Below are positions 29,301 to 38,456 of a stretch of 64,000 nucleotides of DNA, piece after piece. A program made the position numbers and the translations under genes. The DNA comes from Fibrobacter succinogenes. Its GTDB lineage: Bacteria; Fibrobacterota; Fibrobacteria; Fibrobacterales; Fibrobacteraceae. Location of the stretch: the NCBI GenBank assembly GCA_902768325.1, contig CACXKY010000002.1:1087-65086 (forward strand), written 5' to 3'. The notes under the pieces were generated by a model, which saw nothing but the letters and a program-made list of their open reading frames with translations, was not told where the DNA came from and made no database searches. Position 1 is the stretch's first letter. Every line of letters starts with the position of its first letter.

Positions 29301-29902
29301 ACGAATTCGGCCTGGACGCCTACGGGAGCCTGCAGAGCCCGCTTACGGGCGCGCGTCTCGCCGCCGGCGGCAAGATTGGCGGCATATTCAACTGGAGTAC
29401 CGACGCGAACCAGGATACGCTCGACTCATACTACTTCAATCCCGTATTCCTCGAAGGATACCCCTACCTGAGGAGTTCCGAGAGCTACACGCTCGCAGGC
29501 ATGCGCACCGCCGTCGCCGAACTGCACTACCTGTTCCCCGTCTACGACGACTGGCGCAAGGGAGCCTGGATTTTCGAGACGAGGCACTTCTACATTGACT
29601 TGTTCGCACAGATGGGCGCCGCCTGGAACGGCAAGTGGTTCGATACCGACAAGCTCACCGACCACCGCTTCTGGGACCGCTCCGTCGGGTTATCGTTCCG
29701 CATGAGCAACCGCATCTTCTACGGCACCCCGCTCGATATCACGTTCACGCTCGCCCGCGGCCTGAGCCGCATCGGCGAAGACGAAAACTTGAATGGCGGA
29801 AGGAAACTCAATCCCATCGACATGCCGCTCATTCCCGAAAGTATCGCCCCCACGCGCATCAAGTTCGCGGTCGGCATGGGAATTTTGAACAGCTGGCAGT
29901 AG
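26372..29902 (+). CDS. Large outer-membrane protein: zincin-like HExxH domain, PD40/TolB-like propeller and Omp85-like barrel
   Basis: Signal peptide; VVTHEFSH plus WFAEGTAQY; SPKFSPDGKKIAF; C-terminal beta strands with LEGYP and AELHY..P resembling Omp85 barrel motifs. Confidence 0.7.
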   Translation: MFFDATRILTCAAAFLAGTAVAAGFYGNNSDIHWKTAGTDHFQFIYPIEYSSHAAKVSAYAEAVYDSVVNRYHHDLPRRVSATLNNALYSNGNAIPSENSINLWLTNWDFKVRSSHGWLSDVVTHEFSHLVSIENASKFKPSIYGLQLSYTDYYNERTTQDFATMIPFTLQPLWFAEGTAQYESSRMGFDAWDSHRDMLLRVAALNDSLLTLPYMHDFSDNSLFAELGPYTQGFSLVRYISKTYGEDAVPKIWHEMSKFYRLSLDGAIKKVLGISEQELYEKWKADITAQYKAQRDSLGTLVEGTKLTEDAFWQDFPVIAGGNVYGVSNFGGPWFDGGIFKMPLDETKDSTKDSAAVKDSTEKIDGVEVGNIEVENESTTIDITDYAKHGFKTEKAWFDKGIDVHEDSAQGPVLAYVSYKNRDKDGHAHFDIAVSDTNKNALTVTYLADAVYPTIDAQGTTIAFAMREPFSTRFKLSKVPYPKDLKDYTSDDPVDIFVPDAKFSYYNIYSPKFSPDGKKIAFGFFDDSTRGIAIIDADGKNMKVVSNASYDERDVNWIDDDKIVFASNRNGIFNLIEKTLSTGAERAITNVVGGAFTPALAGDTLYFTQYDKDGFSLYKLPYGEVPMVADTTVNITERDSVIQVADTVWACIAPDSGSLRLRSGQALAGMTQDTVAGTAQDSCTKSPTVTMRDSTIKVADTVRTVTQKPAPAAITLHGSPLPKTEKPLELRDIEFAGIERDYRPIPNIPLFVPMFVLSENAPDLTVFGDGQLKAKIGLAAILSDPLKKNVVQMGLLLEVGNGIDYINSSGLNPEQEKEFFVSWENRSTPIDLALSYSYANYTSKDTVRYEDVRAHNGDSIGTSNYAIPMQSIVGGAGYSIFKSIDTLQVALGYDWANFNLYEDNFDWTYQKRISALVAIGLYGDHEEGAEITGQGNGLRLYYQYANSDLYRPGTFAESFTVTASGSIKPKYRNFNINEFGLDAYGSLQSPLTGARLAAGGKIGGIFNWSTDANQDTLDSYYFNPVFLEGYPYLRSSESYTLAGMRTAVAELHYLFPVYDDWRKGAWIFETRHFYIDLFAQMGAAWNGKWFDTDKLTDHRFWDRSVGLSFRMSNRIFYGTPLDITFTLARGLSRIGEDENLNGGRKLNPIDMPLIPESIAPTRIKFAVGMGILNSWQ
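28334..28383. repeat. Nested REP-like palindromic element within a CDS
   Basis: GATTCCGGC-[TCCCTTCGACTTCGCTCAGGGCAGGCTCTG]-GCCGGAATGAC: an outer 8-bp stem enclosing an inner CCCT...AGGG hairpin. Confidence 0.7.
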
Positions 29903-29903
29903 A

Positions 29904-30347
29904 CTATTTACGGACCTTGCGGTCGGCTTCGCCGGGCAGCAGTTGCCCCGGGCTCGTGCGTTCGCTGTCCTTGCCCGGGAAATTCGGGTTATACTGCTTG
30001 ATCTTGTTCTTCTTGACTTCGCCCTGGACTTCGGTCAGGTGGGTTTCCCATTCCTGCATGGAATTGTCCAGGTCGGCACGGGCAGCGAGCATAAGTTCGC
30101 GGAGCTGTACCAATTCCTGCATCTGCTCGCGCTTCATAATCCACAGCTCTTCTTCTTCGGGCATACGCTCGATATTGAAGAGCAGGTTCAAGTACTTGTC
30201 CTCGGCTTCCTTGTACGCCTTGTACATCTGGGTATAGATCATGTGGCGGTCGTCCACCATCGTCTGCTGCGGAGACGGGTGCGAAGTGCAACCTGCGGCA
30301 ACAAGCGCAAGGGCGGCTATCGGGATGAGGCGTGTCACTGCAATCAT
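29904..30347 (-). CDS. Hypothetical helical/coiled-coil lipoprotein
   Basis: Lipobox AAGC, helical heptad pattern, host-like codon usage. Confidence 0.75.
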   Translation of the reverse strand: MIAVTRLIPIAALALVAAGCTSHPSPQQTMVDDRHMIYTQMYKAYKEAEDKYLNLLFNIERMPEEEELWIMKREQMQELVQLRELMLAARADLDNSMQEWETHLTEVQGEVKKNKIKQYNPNFPGKDSERTSPGQLLPGEADRKVRK

Positions 30348-30351
30348 GGGA

Positions 30352-31278
30352 CTATTCCGCAGGTTCTTCGTACTTGACCTTCAGGTTGTACAGGCGTTCG
30401 TTGGTCACGTGGCTCGTGAACGTCACGGTATCCTTCGTCACGGGGTGGACCATGGTATGGGTACCGACCTTCACTTCGCGTTCCTGGCACGGGATGCCGG
30501 TTTCGGGGTCGATCATCACCTCGAACTGGGTATCGTATTCGGCCTTGTGGCCTGCGGTGTAAGCCTTGAACTTATCCGGGACGATATTGCTATTCACGTG
30601 CTGTTCCCAGATGTAATACGGGAAGCTTTCCGTTTCGTGCAGATAGACGACGTAGTCCAGGCACTTGCGGTGGTCGCGGTTCTCGAACCCACGGGTAACA
30701 ACAGAATCGATCTTGATGAGCGCAAAGTTCAGGCGGCCCTGGTCCTTGAGCATCTGCGTGATGTTCGCCTTCACGGGCACGGTACCCGTAATCAGGTGGT
30801 CCATTTCCCAGCGGTGCTTTTCAAGGCGCTTGAGGTGCGGCTTGTAGCTCGGGTTCAACAGCTGGTTACGCCAGCGTTCCGGCATCGGGAGCCTCTGCAG
30901 CAGGGAATCGTAGCCATCCTCAAGGCCTTCGACGCTGAGCACGTTGCGGTCAATCGCCTTGATGTTGACGTTCTTGACGCGCCAGGCCAGTTCCGAGGGC
31001 ATGTAATTCTTGAGGTAGCCGCGGGACTTGTCCATCTTGTACTCGCGCTTCACGACAAGCGTGTCGCCAGCCGAAGAAAAGTTCATGTCCACATAGGCGG
31101 CCGTGATGGTCCCCATCTGTTCTTCACCCTTCAGGTCGATTGTCGCAAAGTAGCTTTCGGTATAGAGTTCGATATCCACGGGCGTGGTCACCTTATAGTT
31201 GACGGTGATTTCGGACTCTCCACAAGCAGAAAGCAAAAGGGCAAAACATGCCGCAGGTAAAAGGGCTTTAAAATTCAT
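30352..31278 (-). CDS. Hypothetical lipoprotein
   Basis: Lipobox LSAC; 308 aa; host-like codon usage. Confidence 0.8.
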   Translation of the reverse strand: MNFKALLPAACFALLLSACGESEITVNYKVTTPVDIELYTESYFATIDLKGEEQMGTITAAYVDMNFSSAGDTLVVKREYKMDKSRGYLKNYMPSELAWRVKNVNIKAIDRNVLSVEGLEDGYDSLLQRLPMPERWRNQLLNPSYKPHLKRLEKHRWEMDHLITGTVPVKANITQMLKDQGRLNFALIKIDSVVTRGFENRDHRKCLDYVVYLHETESFPYYIWEQHVNSNIVPDKFKAYTAGHKAEYDTQFEVMIDPETGIPCQEREVKVGTHTMVHPVTKDTVTFTSHVTNERLYNLKVKYEEPAE

Positions 31279-31302
31279 CGCTATCCAATATACAAAAGAT
31301 TA

Positions 31303-31749
31303 TTACTTCTTAACCAGGGTAATCTGCTTCGAAGCAAGGACCCGACCGTCCGTGGAAATCTCTATTACCACCGTTCCCGGTTCCTTGTGCCTGGTGAGTT
31401 CGCGGGCCGACATGAACTCGCTGTGCTTGGTGCGGCCCTGGAGCGTGTAAGAACTCATCTTGTCGGTCACCCGGGCTTCGTGGTTCCAGATTTCCCCGCC
31501 CTTGTTCGCCAAGGTCCCTTCGTAGAAGGTAATCCTCAGCGAGTTGAAGTCGAACCCGGTCCCGTAGCGGAACTGGATGTACAGCGGTTCACCCATCCCG
31601 AATTCGGTAGCGGTATCCGCCACAATCTGCAGGGCAGGATTCCATTCCCTTCCACAGACGATGACCGGATCTTCGGTACGGCAACCGACCAGCATGGAGC
31701 CGATTGTCAAGAGCATTGCAAGAATTGCATGTCTAGTAGCTGTTTTCAT
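31303..31749 (-). CDS. Hypothetical lipoprotein (Ig-like beta fold)
   Basis: MKTATR...LVGC lipobox, preceded by a purine-rich SD. Confidence 0.75.
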   Translation of the reverse strand: MKTATRHAILAMLLTIGSMLVGCRTEDPVIVCGREWNPALQIVADTATEFGMGEPLYIQFRYGTGFDFNSLRITFYEGTLANKGGEIWNHEARVTDKMSSYTLQGRTKHSEFMSARELTRHKEPGTVVIEISTDGRVLASKQITLVKK

Positions 31750-31763
31750 CTTTCCCTTCCTTA

Positions 31764-32312
31764 TCATAAAAACCAGAAGCGCAGGCCTAGCCTGAAATAG
31801 AAATCGGGAATTTCCCATTCCGTATCGCTATCATCGTGGCCATGGATTTCCCACCACACATAGTGGAATTCCGCCACCGGATTCAATTCCAAGTACAGCT
31901 GCAAGGGAACTACCGGGAATTCCCATTCATAGCCACCCGTCACACCAAGGCGAATCGCAATACCGCCCGTGTCCCAATCATGGGTCACATCTTCGTCCCA
32001 CCAGCCGATACCACCTGCAGGGCCAGCGTAGAAGCCCATACGTCCCAAGTTCTGCGGAATCATGCCGAGGTAGATGTTCCAGTAGTAACCTAAATAAACG
32101 CCGGCAGAATTATCGCCACTGCTGAAGTAGAGGTGGGCATAAATGTCTAACACGGTTTCGGGGCTCATGCGCATTTGGAAATCGAGACCACCGTGTTCGC
32201 CGGGGTTTCCGGCCTGCAGCCAAACACCCGCGCCCATCGACTTATCGGCCGCCGCACTCTGTGCAAAAGACGCAACGACCATAAAAAGAAGTGCTGCTAA
32301 TAAAATCCTCAT
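31764..32312 (-). CDS. Small outer-membrane beta-barrel protein
   Basis: Signal peptide ending SFA-Q, alternating aromatic strands, C-terminal RLGLRFWFL. Confidence 0.7.
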   Translation of the reverse strand: MRILLAALLFMVVASFAQSAAADKSMGAGVWLQAGNPGEHGGLDFQMRMSPETVLDIYAHLYFSSGDNSAGVYLGYYWNIYLGMIPQNLGRMGFYAGPAGGIGWWDEDVTHDWDTGGIAIRLGVTGGYEWEFPVVPLQLYLELNPVAEFHYVWWEIHGHDDSDTEWEIPDFYFRLGLRFWFL

Positions 32313-32376
32313 ATTCAATCCTATACACACATAAATTAGCAAAAAGGCGTGTAAAAAGGAGTAAACATGGGTAAAA

Positions 32377-33645
32377 TCAGCGGTCTAGCACCAAAAGCAT
32401 CTCCAAATGGGGCGTTTGCGGATAAAATGCAAATCCTTCAGCCTTCCCTATCGTGAATCCGGACGCAGAAAGCTTGGCATAGTCGCGTGCCAGCGTCACC
32501 GGATCGCAAGAAACGTATATCAGGCGGTTCACGGAACTGGCCACGAGGGCTTCCAGGACTTCGTTCGGAAGACCTGTCCGCGGAGGGTCCACGATAAGCG
32601 TCGCAGGCTTATCCACCACGTTTTGCCGCAGCCATTCTTCGGCAGGGGCCGACACGTTTTCGACCGGCGCAGAAGCACCGTCTCCGCGGGGTTCCAGGTT
32701 CGCTTTTGCATGCACGAGGCAGCCATGGTCGCGTTCCACCGTCGTAATCCGCTTAAACTTGTCTTGCAGCAGGGCGGCAAAAAAGCCTACCCCGCTAAAG
32801 AGGTCGATAAGCCATTCGTCGCTCGCAGCACCGCTTGCAATGCCATCGTCCACGGCATCGCGCACGGACTGCACAAGCTCGGGCAATAGCGAAAGGTTGC
32901 TCTGGAAAAATACCGACGCGTCGGTCTCGATCTTTTTACCGCCAATGTCCACGACGCCCTGCGCGTACTTTTCAAAATCGTCCGCAGGCATCCCTGTGTA
33001 ATAAAAAGAAACCTTGCCGGTCCCGTCGTCAAAGACATTCACGTCGAGTTCGCGAGGGAATCGCTTTCGCTTGTCTGTAAAGATTTCCCGCGCGGGCCCC
33101 TGCAAGAAGGCGTTCAGCGCCGGAGTCAGTACCGGGCATTCCTTGAAAAACGCAATGCGGTTGCTTTCCTGCTCGCGGAAACCGAACCGCACGATTTCGC
33201 GGTCGCCTGCACGGTCCCTCGAAGCCACGACACGCGCTCGGTTACGGTAGCCCCACGGATTCCCCGTATGGATGGCGAAGCCTGCGGGTAAGTCCGTGCG
33301 GGCCAAGCGCCGGAAGTTTTCGCGTTCCACACGTTCGATAAACTCGGCCTGCTTTTCGCTTTCCAAATGCTGCAGGCTGCAACCGCCACACCGTCCGAAC
33401 AGCGGGCAGCGTGGTTTCACACGGTCGGGGCTCGGCTCAATAATTTCCACGGCAAAGCCACGCGCAAAATCCTTTTTTGACAACGTTACCTCGACGCGGC
33501 AACGTTCACCCGGAAGGGCTCCCTTCACAAAGCAAACACGCCCGTCGGGCAGGCGCGCCATACCCTCGCCACCCTGCACCATCTTCTCGATGCAGACTTC
33601 AAGCGTCTCGCGGGGCTTCCTTGATTTTGCGTAATTGTGGGCCAT
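32377..33645 (-). CDS. rlmD: RlmD/TrmA family RNA m5U methyltransferase (TRAM and 4Fe-4S)
   Basis: CPLFGRCGGC, YRNR, FFQSN, DLFSGVG, VDPPRTG, YVSCDP and PQTPHLE motifs. Confidence 0.85.
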   Translation of the reverse strand: MAHNYAKSRKPRETLEVCIEKMVQGGEGMARLPDGRVCFVKGALPGERCRVEVTLSKKDFARGFAVEIIEPSPDRVKPRCPLFGRCGGCSLQHLESEKQAEFIERVERENFRRLARTDLPAGFAIHTGNPWGYRNRARVVASRDRAGDREIVRFGFREQESNRIAFFKECPVLTPALNAFLQGPAREIFTDKRKRFPRELDVNVFDDGTGKVSFYYTGMPADDFEKYAQGVVDIGGKKIETDASVFFQSNLSLLPELVQSVRDAVDDGIASGAASDEWLIDLFSGVGFFAALLQDKFKRITTVERDHGCLVHAKANLEPRGDGASAPVENVSAPAEEWLRQNVVDKPATLIVDPPRTGLPNEVLEALVASSVNRLIYVSCDPVTLARDYAKLSASGFTIGKAEGFAFYPQTPHLEMLLVLDR

Positions 33646-33763
33646 GCGACACAAGATAGAATTTTATCGCCGTGCATTCCATCGTCAAAAACACGCCCGT
33701 CATCCTGTTCACGGGCCCTGACAGGCATTTCTAAATGTATTTTTCTATATTTCGGGCTCCAAA

Positions 33764-34822
33764 ATGAATACCATTCTGTTGCCAGACATGCTTACGGCGG
33801 CGAACAGCAAAGAGCTGCTGAGGAATTGCAAGAAGCAACTCCAGGTGGGCCCGCTTTGCCTAGACGGAAGCAATCTCGCAAGCATGGACTACAGTGCCGA
33901 CGCTTTTTTCGCGCTGCTCGCCGAGCTGGCCGAGAAAACAGGCAACAGGCTTACGCTCACACACTTCAACGAAGACATCAAGGCGCACCTGAAATCGCTC
34001 CGCAAGATGGACCCGCCCGAAAAACCGCTCAAGGGCACGAACAACGTCCTCGAAATGCTCGGCGGCCTCGGTTTCACGCTCATCAAGGAGACCTTCGAGG
34101 TCCTCGTCCTCTTGTTCATGTCCATCTACTGGACCGTATTCGGGCCGTTCGACAAGGGCAAGATCCACTTTGGCGGCGTCACCAAGCAGATGTTCAAATC
34201 GGGCAGCGAAGCCATGGGAATCTGTTTCTTGTTCGTGGGTCTCATTTGCCTTACGATGGCCCTGCAGAGTTCGGTGATGCTGAACGCTGTCGGTGGCGGT
34301 TCTTACCTCGCGTCCGGCCTCGGCTTCCTCATCTTCGCTGAAATCGGCCCGCTCCTCACGACCATCATCCTCGCCGGCCGTTCCGGCAGCGCCATGGCTG
34401 CCGAAATCGCGAACATGAGCGTTTGCGAAGAAGTCAAGGCCATCAAGTCCATGGCCATTCCGCCGGTGCAGTACCTGGTCGTCCCGCGTTTCATCGCCTT
34501 GAGCATCACGACGCCCATCCTCTCGTTCTGTTCATCCATCGTCGGATGCCTGGCCGGGTTCCTCATCGCCTACTTCTTCTGCGATATTTCTTTTTCGAAC
34601 TACATGATGGGCATTCGCGACGGCATCGCCCCCATCACGTTCCTCAAGAGCACCGTCAAGGCGCTCGTATTCGGCTGGATCGTGACGCTCATCGCCTGCA
34701 ACAAGGGCCTTAACGCACACGGCGGCGCCGAAGCCGTCGGTAAGGCGACCACCGCCAGCGTCGTTTCGGCCATCTGTACCATCGTCATCGCGGACACGCT
34801 GTTCGCCTTCATATTCTACTAG
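33764..34822 (+). CDS. mlaE: MlaE family permease with N-terminal STAS-like domain
   Basis: EIGPLLTTIILAGRSGSAMAAEI, YLVVPR and GAEAVGKATT motifs. Confidence 0.9.
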   Translation: MNTILLPDMLTAANSKELLRNCKKQLQVGPLCLDGSNLASMDYSADAFFALLAELAEKTGNRLTLTHFNEDIKAHLKSLRKMDPPEKPLKGTNNVLEMLGGLGFTLIKETFEVLVLLFMSIYWTVFGPFDKGKIHFGGVTKQMFKSGSEAMGICFLFVGLICLTMALQSSVMLNAVGGGSYLASGLGFLIFAEIGPLLTTIILAGRSGSAMAAEIANMSVCEEVKAIKSMAIPPVQYLVVPRFIALSITTPILSFCSSIVGCLAGFLIAYFFCDISFSNYMMGIRDGIAPITFLKSTVKALVFGWIVTLIACNKGLNAHGGAEAVGKATTASVVSAICTIVIADTLFAFIFY

Positions 34823-34830
34823 GAGATTCC

Positions 34831-35613
34831 ATGGAAGACATCTTGAAAGTAGATCACCTGAAGGCCAGTTACGGTCGCGAAACCATCCTCAAGGATGTTT
34901 CGTTCGGCGTAAGGAAGGGCGAAATCCGCATGGTACTCGGAAGTTCCGGTTGCGGCAAGTCGACGCTCCTGAACAACATCCTCAAGTTTATCAAGTCCGA
35001 TTCGGGGACGATTACCTACTTCGGCAAGCAGTTCGGCCCCAAGGAGGGGCTCGACAGCGAGACCCGCATGCGTACGGGCGTACTCTTCCAGAGCGGGGCG
35101 CTCATTGCCGACTTGACCGTCGCCGAAAACGCGATGCTCCCGCTCAAGCGCAGCATGCCCTACATGCCCAAGAGCCAGATGGAAGCCATCGTGGCCGACC
35201 GTTTGGAAAAGGTGCACCTGCTGCATGCGTTCCACAAGTACCCCGGAGAGATTTCCGGCGGTATGAAAAAGCGCGCCGCCCTCGCCCGCGCCATCGCGCT
35301 CAAACCCGAACTGCTGTTCTGCGACGAACCTTCTACGGGCCTCGACCCGGTCACGGCCCGATCGCTCGACGAACTGCTCCTGGAATTGCGTGACACGCTC
35401 AAGGTATCGATGGTCATCGTGAGCCACGAACTCGAAAGCATCAAGATTATCTGCGACCGGTTCGTATACCTGAAAGACGGCTATGTCCTCATGGACGGCA
35501 CGCTCCAGGAAGGCATGGAGTCCGACGACCCGACGCTCAAGCACTTTTTCAGCCGGCAATGCCCCAAGGAAACGTATTCCACCGGCTTCTACAATTTTGA
35601 CTTTATTGATTGA
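34831..35613 (+). CDS. mlaF: MlaF family ABC ATPase
   Basis: GSSGCGKS, ISGGMKKRAALARA and DEPSTGLDP motifs. Confidence 0.92.
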   Translation: MEDILKVDHLKASYGRETILKDVSFGVRKGEIRMVLGSSGCGKSTLLNNILKFIKSDSGTITYFGKQFGPKEGLDSETRMRTGVLFQSGALIADLTVAENAMLPLKRSMPYMPKSQMEAIVADRLEKVHLLHAFHKYPGEISGGMKKRAALARAIALKPELLFCDEPSTGLDPVTARSLDELLLELRDTLKVSMVIVSHELESIKIICDRFVYLKDGYVLMDGTLQEGMESDDPTLKHFFSRQCPKETYSTGFYNFDFID

Positions 35614-35625
35614 GTTGGAGATACA

Positions 35626-36552
35626 ATGGAAACCACCCGATCCGAAAGAATTAAACTTGGCGCTTTCATGCTGTTCTGCGGCATCATGATTTGCGTATTT
35701 CTCGGTTACGTGCTCAAGCGTTACCTGAGCGAGCAGTACGACAACTACTATACCATCTTCGACACCTCGGTCAACGGGCTCTTCGTAGACGCCAAGGTCA
35801 AGCTGAACGGTATCGACGTGGGTAGCGTAACGCAGATTACCATCCACGAAGAAAACCTGAACGAAGTCGTAGTCGCATTCAAGGTCCATCACGGCACTCC
35901 CATCAAGCAGGGCACGCGCGCCGGCATGACGGCGGGCATGAACCTCACCGGCGAAAAGCAGGTCATCCTCTCGGGCGGAACCTTCTCGGAGCCGAACGTC
36001 CCCGAAGGCGGTTTTGTGCCGGCCGAAAAATCCAGTTTCGACCAGATTGCGAACCAGGCAAGCAACATCGCAAGCCACGCCGATTCCGTGCTCATCAACC
36101 TGAACGCCATCCTCTCGAGCGAGAACGCCGAACACCTGAGCCATGCTATCCAGAATTTCGAAGCCGTGACCAACAACTTGAAGCGCATCACGCAGGACCT
36201 CTCCAAGCCCATCGAGAGCATCTCCAAGTCCGCGGAATCCATCCACAGCGTGATGTCCGAAATCGAGAACGCGAAGATTGCCTCCAAGGCAAGCGAGAAC
36301 CTCGACATCGTAAAAGAAAAGCTCGAGGCGCTCGATACCAAGAGCTTAAACGACAACCTCACCGAGGCCATGGCCTCCATCAACCAGCTTTCCAAGCGTC
36401 TCGACCAGATGGTCTACAAGAACGAAGACCAGGTCGGCGAAGCCATCGTCGAGCTGAACAACGTCCTCGAGAACCTCGAGGAATTCAGCCAGAAGATCAA
36501 GAACAATCCGTCCGCCCTCATCCGCGAGCCCGCGAAGACGCGCCGCAAATAA
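35626..36552 (+). CDS. mlaD: MCE/MlaD family protein with helical extension
   Basis: TM anchor, VNGL...VKLNGIDVGSV, TGEKQV, coiled coil ending NPSALI. Confidence 0.9.
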   Translation: METTRSERIKLGAFMLFCGIMICVFLGYVLKRYLSEQYDNYYTIFDTSVNGLFVDAKVKLNGIDVGSVTQITIHEENLNEVVVAFKVHHGTPIKQGTRAGMTAGMNLTGEKQVILSGGTFSEPNVPEGGFVPAEKSSFDQIANQASNIASHADSVLINLNAILSSENAEHLSHAIQNFEAVTNNLKRITQDLSKPIESISKSAESIHSVMSEIENAKIASKASENLDIVKEKLEALDTKSLNDNLTEAMASINQLSKRLDQMVYKNEDQVGEAIVELNNVLENLEEFSQKIKNNPSALIREPAKTRRK

Positions 36553-36561
36553 GGAGGAACC

Positions 36562-37164
36562 ATGCGAATATTTACCAAGATTCTCACGTCCGCGACTATC
36601 CTTCTTGCCGCCCTTACCCTGACCGCCTGCTTCGGCGGTTCCACGTCTGAGCCGAGCCGCTACTACATGCTCGCCGTCGAAGACATCTCTATGCCTAGCG
36701 GCAATGCCAAGGGCAAGGTACAAGTCCGCAAGTTCACGGTCGACCCCGCCTACCAAAAGGCGAACATCGTTTACCGCGAATCCGCCTACGACTTCATGTT
36801 CTACGACCTCGACCTCTGGGCAAGCCGCCCCGACCACATGATTACGCAGGTCGTCGCCGAGTACGCCGTCAAGAGCGGCCTCTTCGAATCCGTTGAAATC
36901 AAGGGCAATTCCAAGCCCGCCTTCGAGATTTCCGGAAACATCTCCGCCATCGAAGAAGTCGACGAAGGCAGCTCGCAGTCCGCAAGGCTCGCCATCGAGA
37001 TTTCGTTCCGCAAGGTCGACAGCAACGAGGCGCTTTTCGAAAAGCGCTACGAAGGCAAGGAACCCATGGACAAGCGCGAACCGCGGGCCATGGCCGAAGC
37101 CACCTCCAAGCTTTTGGGCAAGTTCATGGAAGACGCCCTAGCCAATATGGCAGGTGCAAACTAA
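36562..37164 (+). CDS. ABC-transport auxiliary (PqiC-like) lipoprotein
   Basis: Lipobox LTAC, YYML, IVYR and WASRP; last gene of the MCE operon. Confidence 0.85.
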   Translation: MRIFTKILTSATILLAALTLTACFGGSTSEPSRYYMLAVEDISMPSGNAKGKVQVRKFTVDPAYQKANIVYRESAYDFMFYDLDLWASRPDHMITQVVAEYAVKSGLFESVEIKGNSKPAFEISGNISAIEEVDEGSSQSARLAIEISFRKVDSNEALFEKRYEGKEPMDKREPRAMAEATSKLLGKFMEDALANMAGAN

Positions 37165-37225
37165 GCACCGGAATGACATTTGTCTGAGAATTGAATAAAT
37201 TAATGGGAAACGAAAGGGTAATCCC

Positions 37226-37651
37226 ATGGAATTCTCTCACAGACAAGACCTTCCCGAACTGGCGAAATCGTACCTGTTCAATGTCAAGTTTTTCTTCGAA
37301 AATGTTCCCGCGAACAAAGAGGAAAAATTCAAGGAACTAGCGGAATCGCTTTCCCTCAGGGTGCGCAAGGTCCGGTTCTTAAAAGAAGATACGAGCGACG
37401 TTTTTTCCGTCGTCGAGATTTCGTTTGACGAATTCGAAGATTACCTCATCACCACGTGCATCAAGAACGAATACCTGGGCCATTTCCACATGAGTATCGT
37501 CCACTATTCCAGCGACATGAAGCCCGTGTACGAAGAGAGGTTCTTCGACTGCAAGGCAGCCTATGTGGAAGAATTCAGCTACGACAAGTTCAACTCCAGC
37601 CAGGATGGACTGGTCAAGACCATCGGGATCAAGTGCAAGCGGTCCAAATAG
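37226..37651 (+). CDS. Hypothetical protein, possible phage tail-tube (T4 gp19-like) fold
   Basis: 141-aa ORF filling the intergenic space. Fold resemblance is by eye only (see findings). Confidence 0.6.
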   Translation: MEFSHRQDLPELAKSYLFNVKFFFENVPANKEEKFKELAESLSLRVRKVRFLKEDTSDVFSVVEISFDEFEDYLITTCIKNEYLGHFHMSIVHYSSDMKPVYEERFFDCKAAYVEEFSYDKFNSSQDGLVKTIGIKCKRSK

Positions 37652-37655
37652 GCCG

Positions 37656-38456
37656 TTAGGCGAACCGTTTTACGACGGGGACACTCGCCAATAATTTTTT
37701 TGTATAATCGTGCTGCGGGCAAGTCAATACTTCGTCCGCGTTACCGGTTTCGACAACCTTGCCGAAATACATCACGAGCACCTTGTCGCTCAGGGCGCGC
37801 ACGACCTGCATGTCGTGGCTGATGAACAGGATGCTAAGGCCGAGGTCGTTGCGCAGTCCATCCAGCAAGTGGAGGATTTGCGCCTGTACCGATACGTCGA
37901 GCGCGCTCGTGACTTCGTCGCAGAGCAGCACCTTCGGACTGACCATCAGGCTCCGCGCGATGCAGAGGCGCTGCCGCTGGCCCCCCGAGAACTCGTGGGG
38001 GAACTTTTGGAGTGAACCGGCGGGCATGGAAACGCGCTCCAAAAGTTCGAGCGCGCGTTTTTCGGCATCGGCAAACGGGACGCCGCGCGCTACCAGCGGC
38101 GCCGTCAAGATTTCCGTCACCGTCTGGCGCGGGTTCAAACTGCTGAACGGGTCCTGGAAGACCATCTGCACGAGGTCACAGACCCGCGACGGGCCGGCCA
38201 TGCCGCCGTTCACCGTCTTCCCGAATAACTTAAAAACGCCCGAAGCCCTGGGAACAAGCCCGACCAGCGATTTCGCCAATGTAGACTTGCCGCAGCCGGA
38301 CTCGCCGACGACGCTCAGGATTTCGCCTTGCTGCAGGGCAAAGGACACGCCGTCCACGGCAGTAAAATAGTCCTTCACCTTGCCAAGGACACCCCCGCGA
38401 ACGGGGAACCGGACCGTCAGCCCGTCCACCTCGATGGCGGGAACGTTACTAGGCAT
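37656..38456 (-). CDS. OppF/DppF-like ABC ATPase
   Basis: GESGCGKS, VFQDPFSSLNPR, PHEFSGGQRQR and PQHDYT motifs. Confidence 0.9.
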   Translation of the reverse strand: MPSNVPAIEVDGLTVRFPVRGGVLGKVKDYFTAVDGVSFALQQGEILSVVGESGCGKSTLAKSLVGLVPRASGVFKLFGKTVNGGMAGPSRVCDLVQMVFQDPFSSLNPRQTVTEILTAPLVARGVPFADAEKRALELLERVSMPAGSLQKFPHEFSGGQRQRLCIARSLMVSPKVLLCDEVTSALDVSVQAQILHLLDGLRNDLGLSILFISHDMQVVRALSDKVLVMYFGKVVETGNADEVLTCPQHDYTKKLLASVPVVKRFA

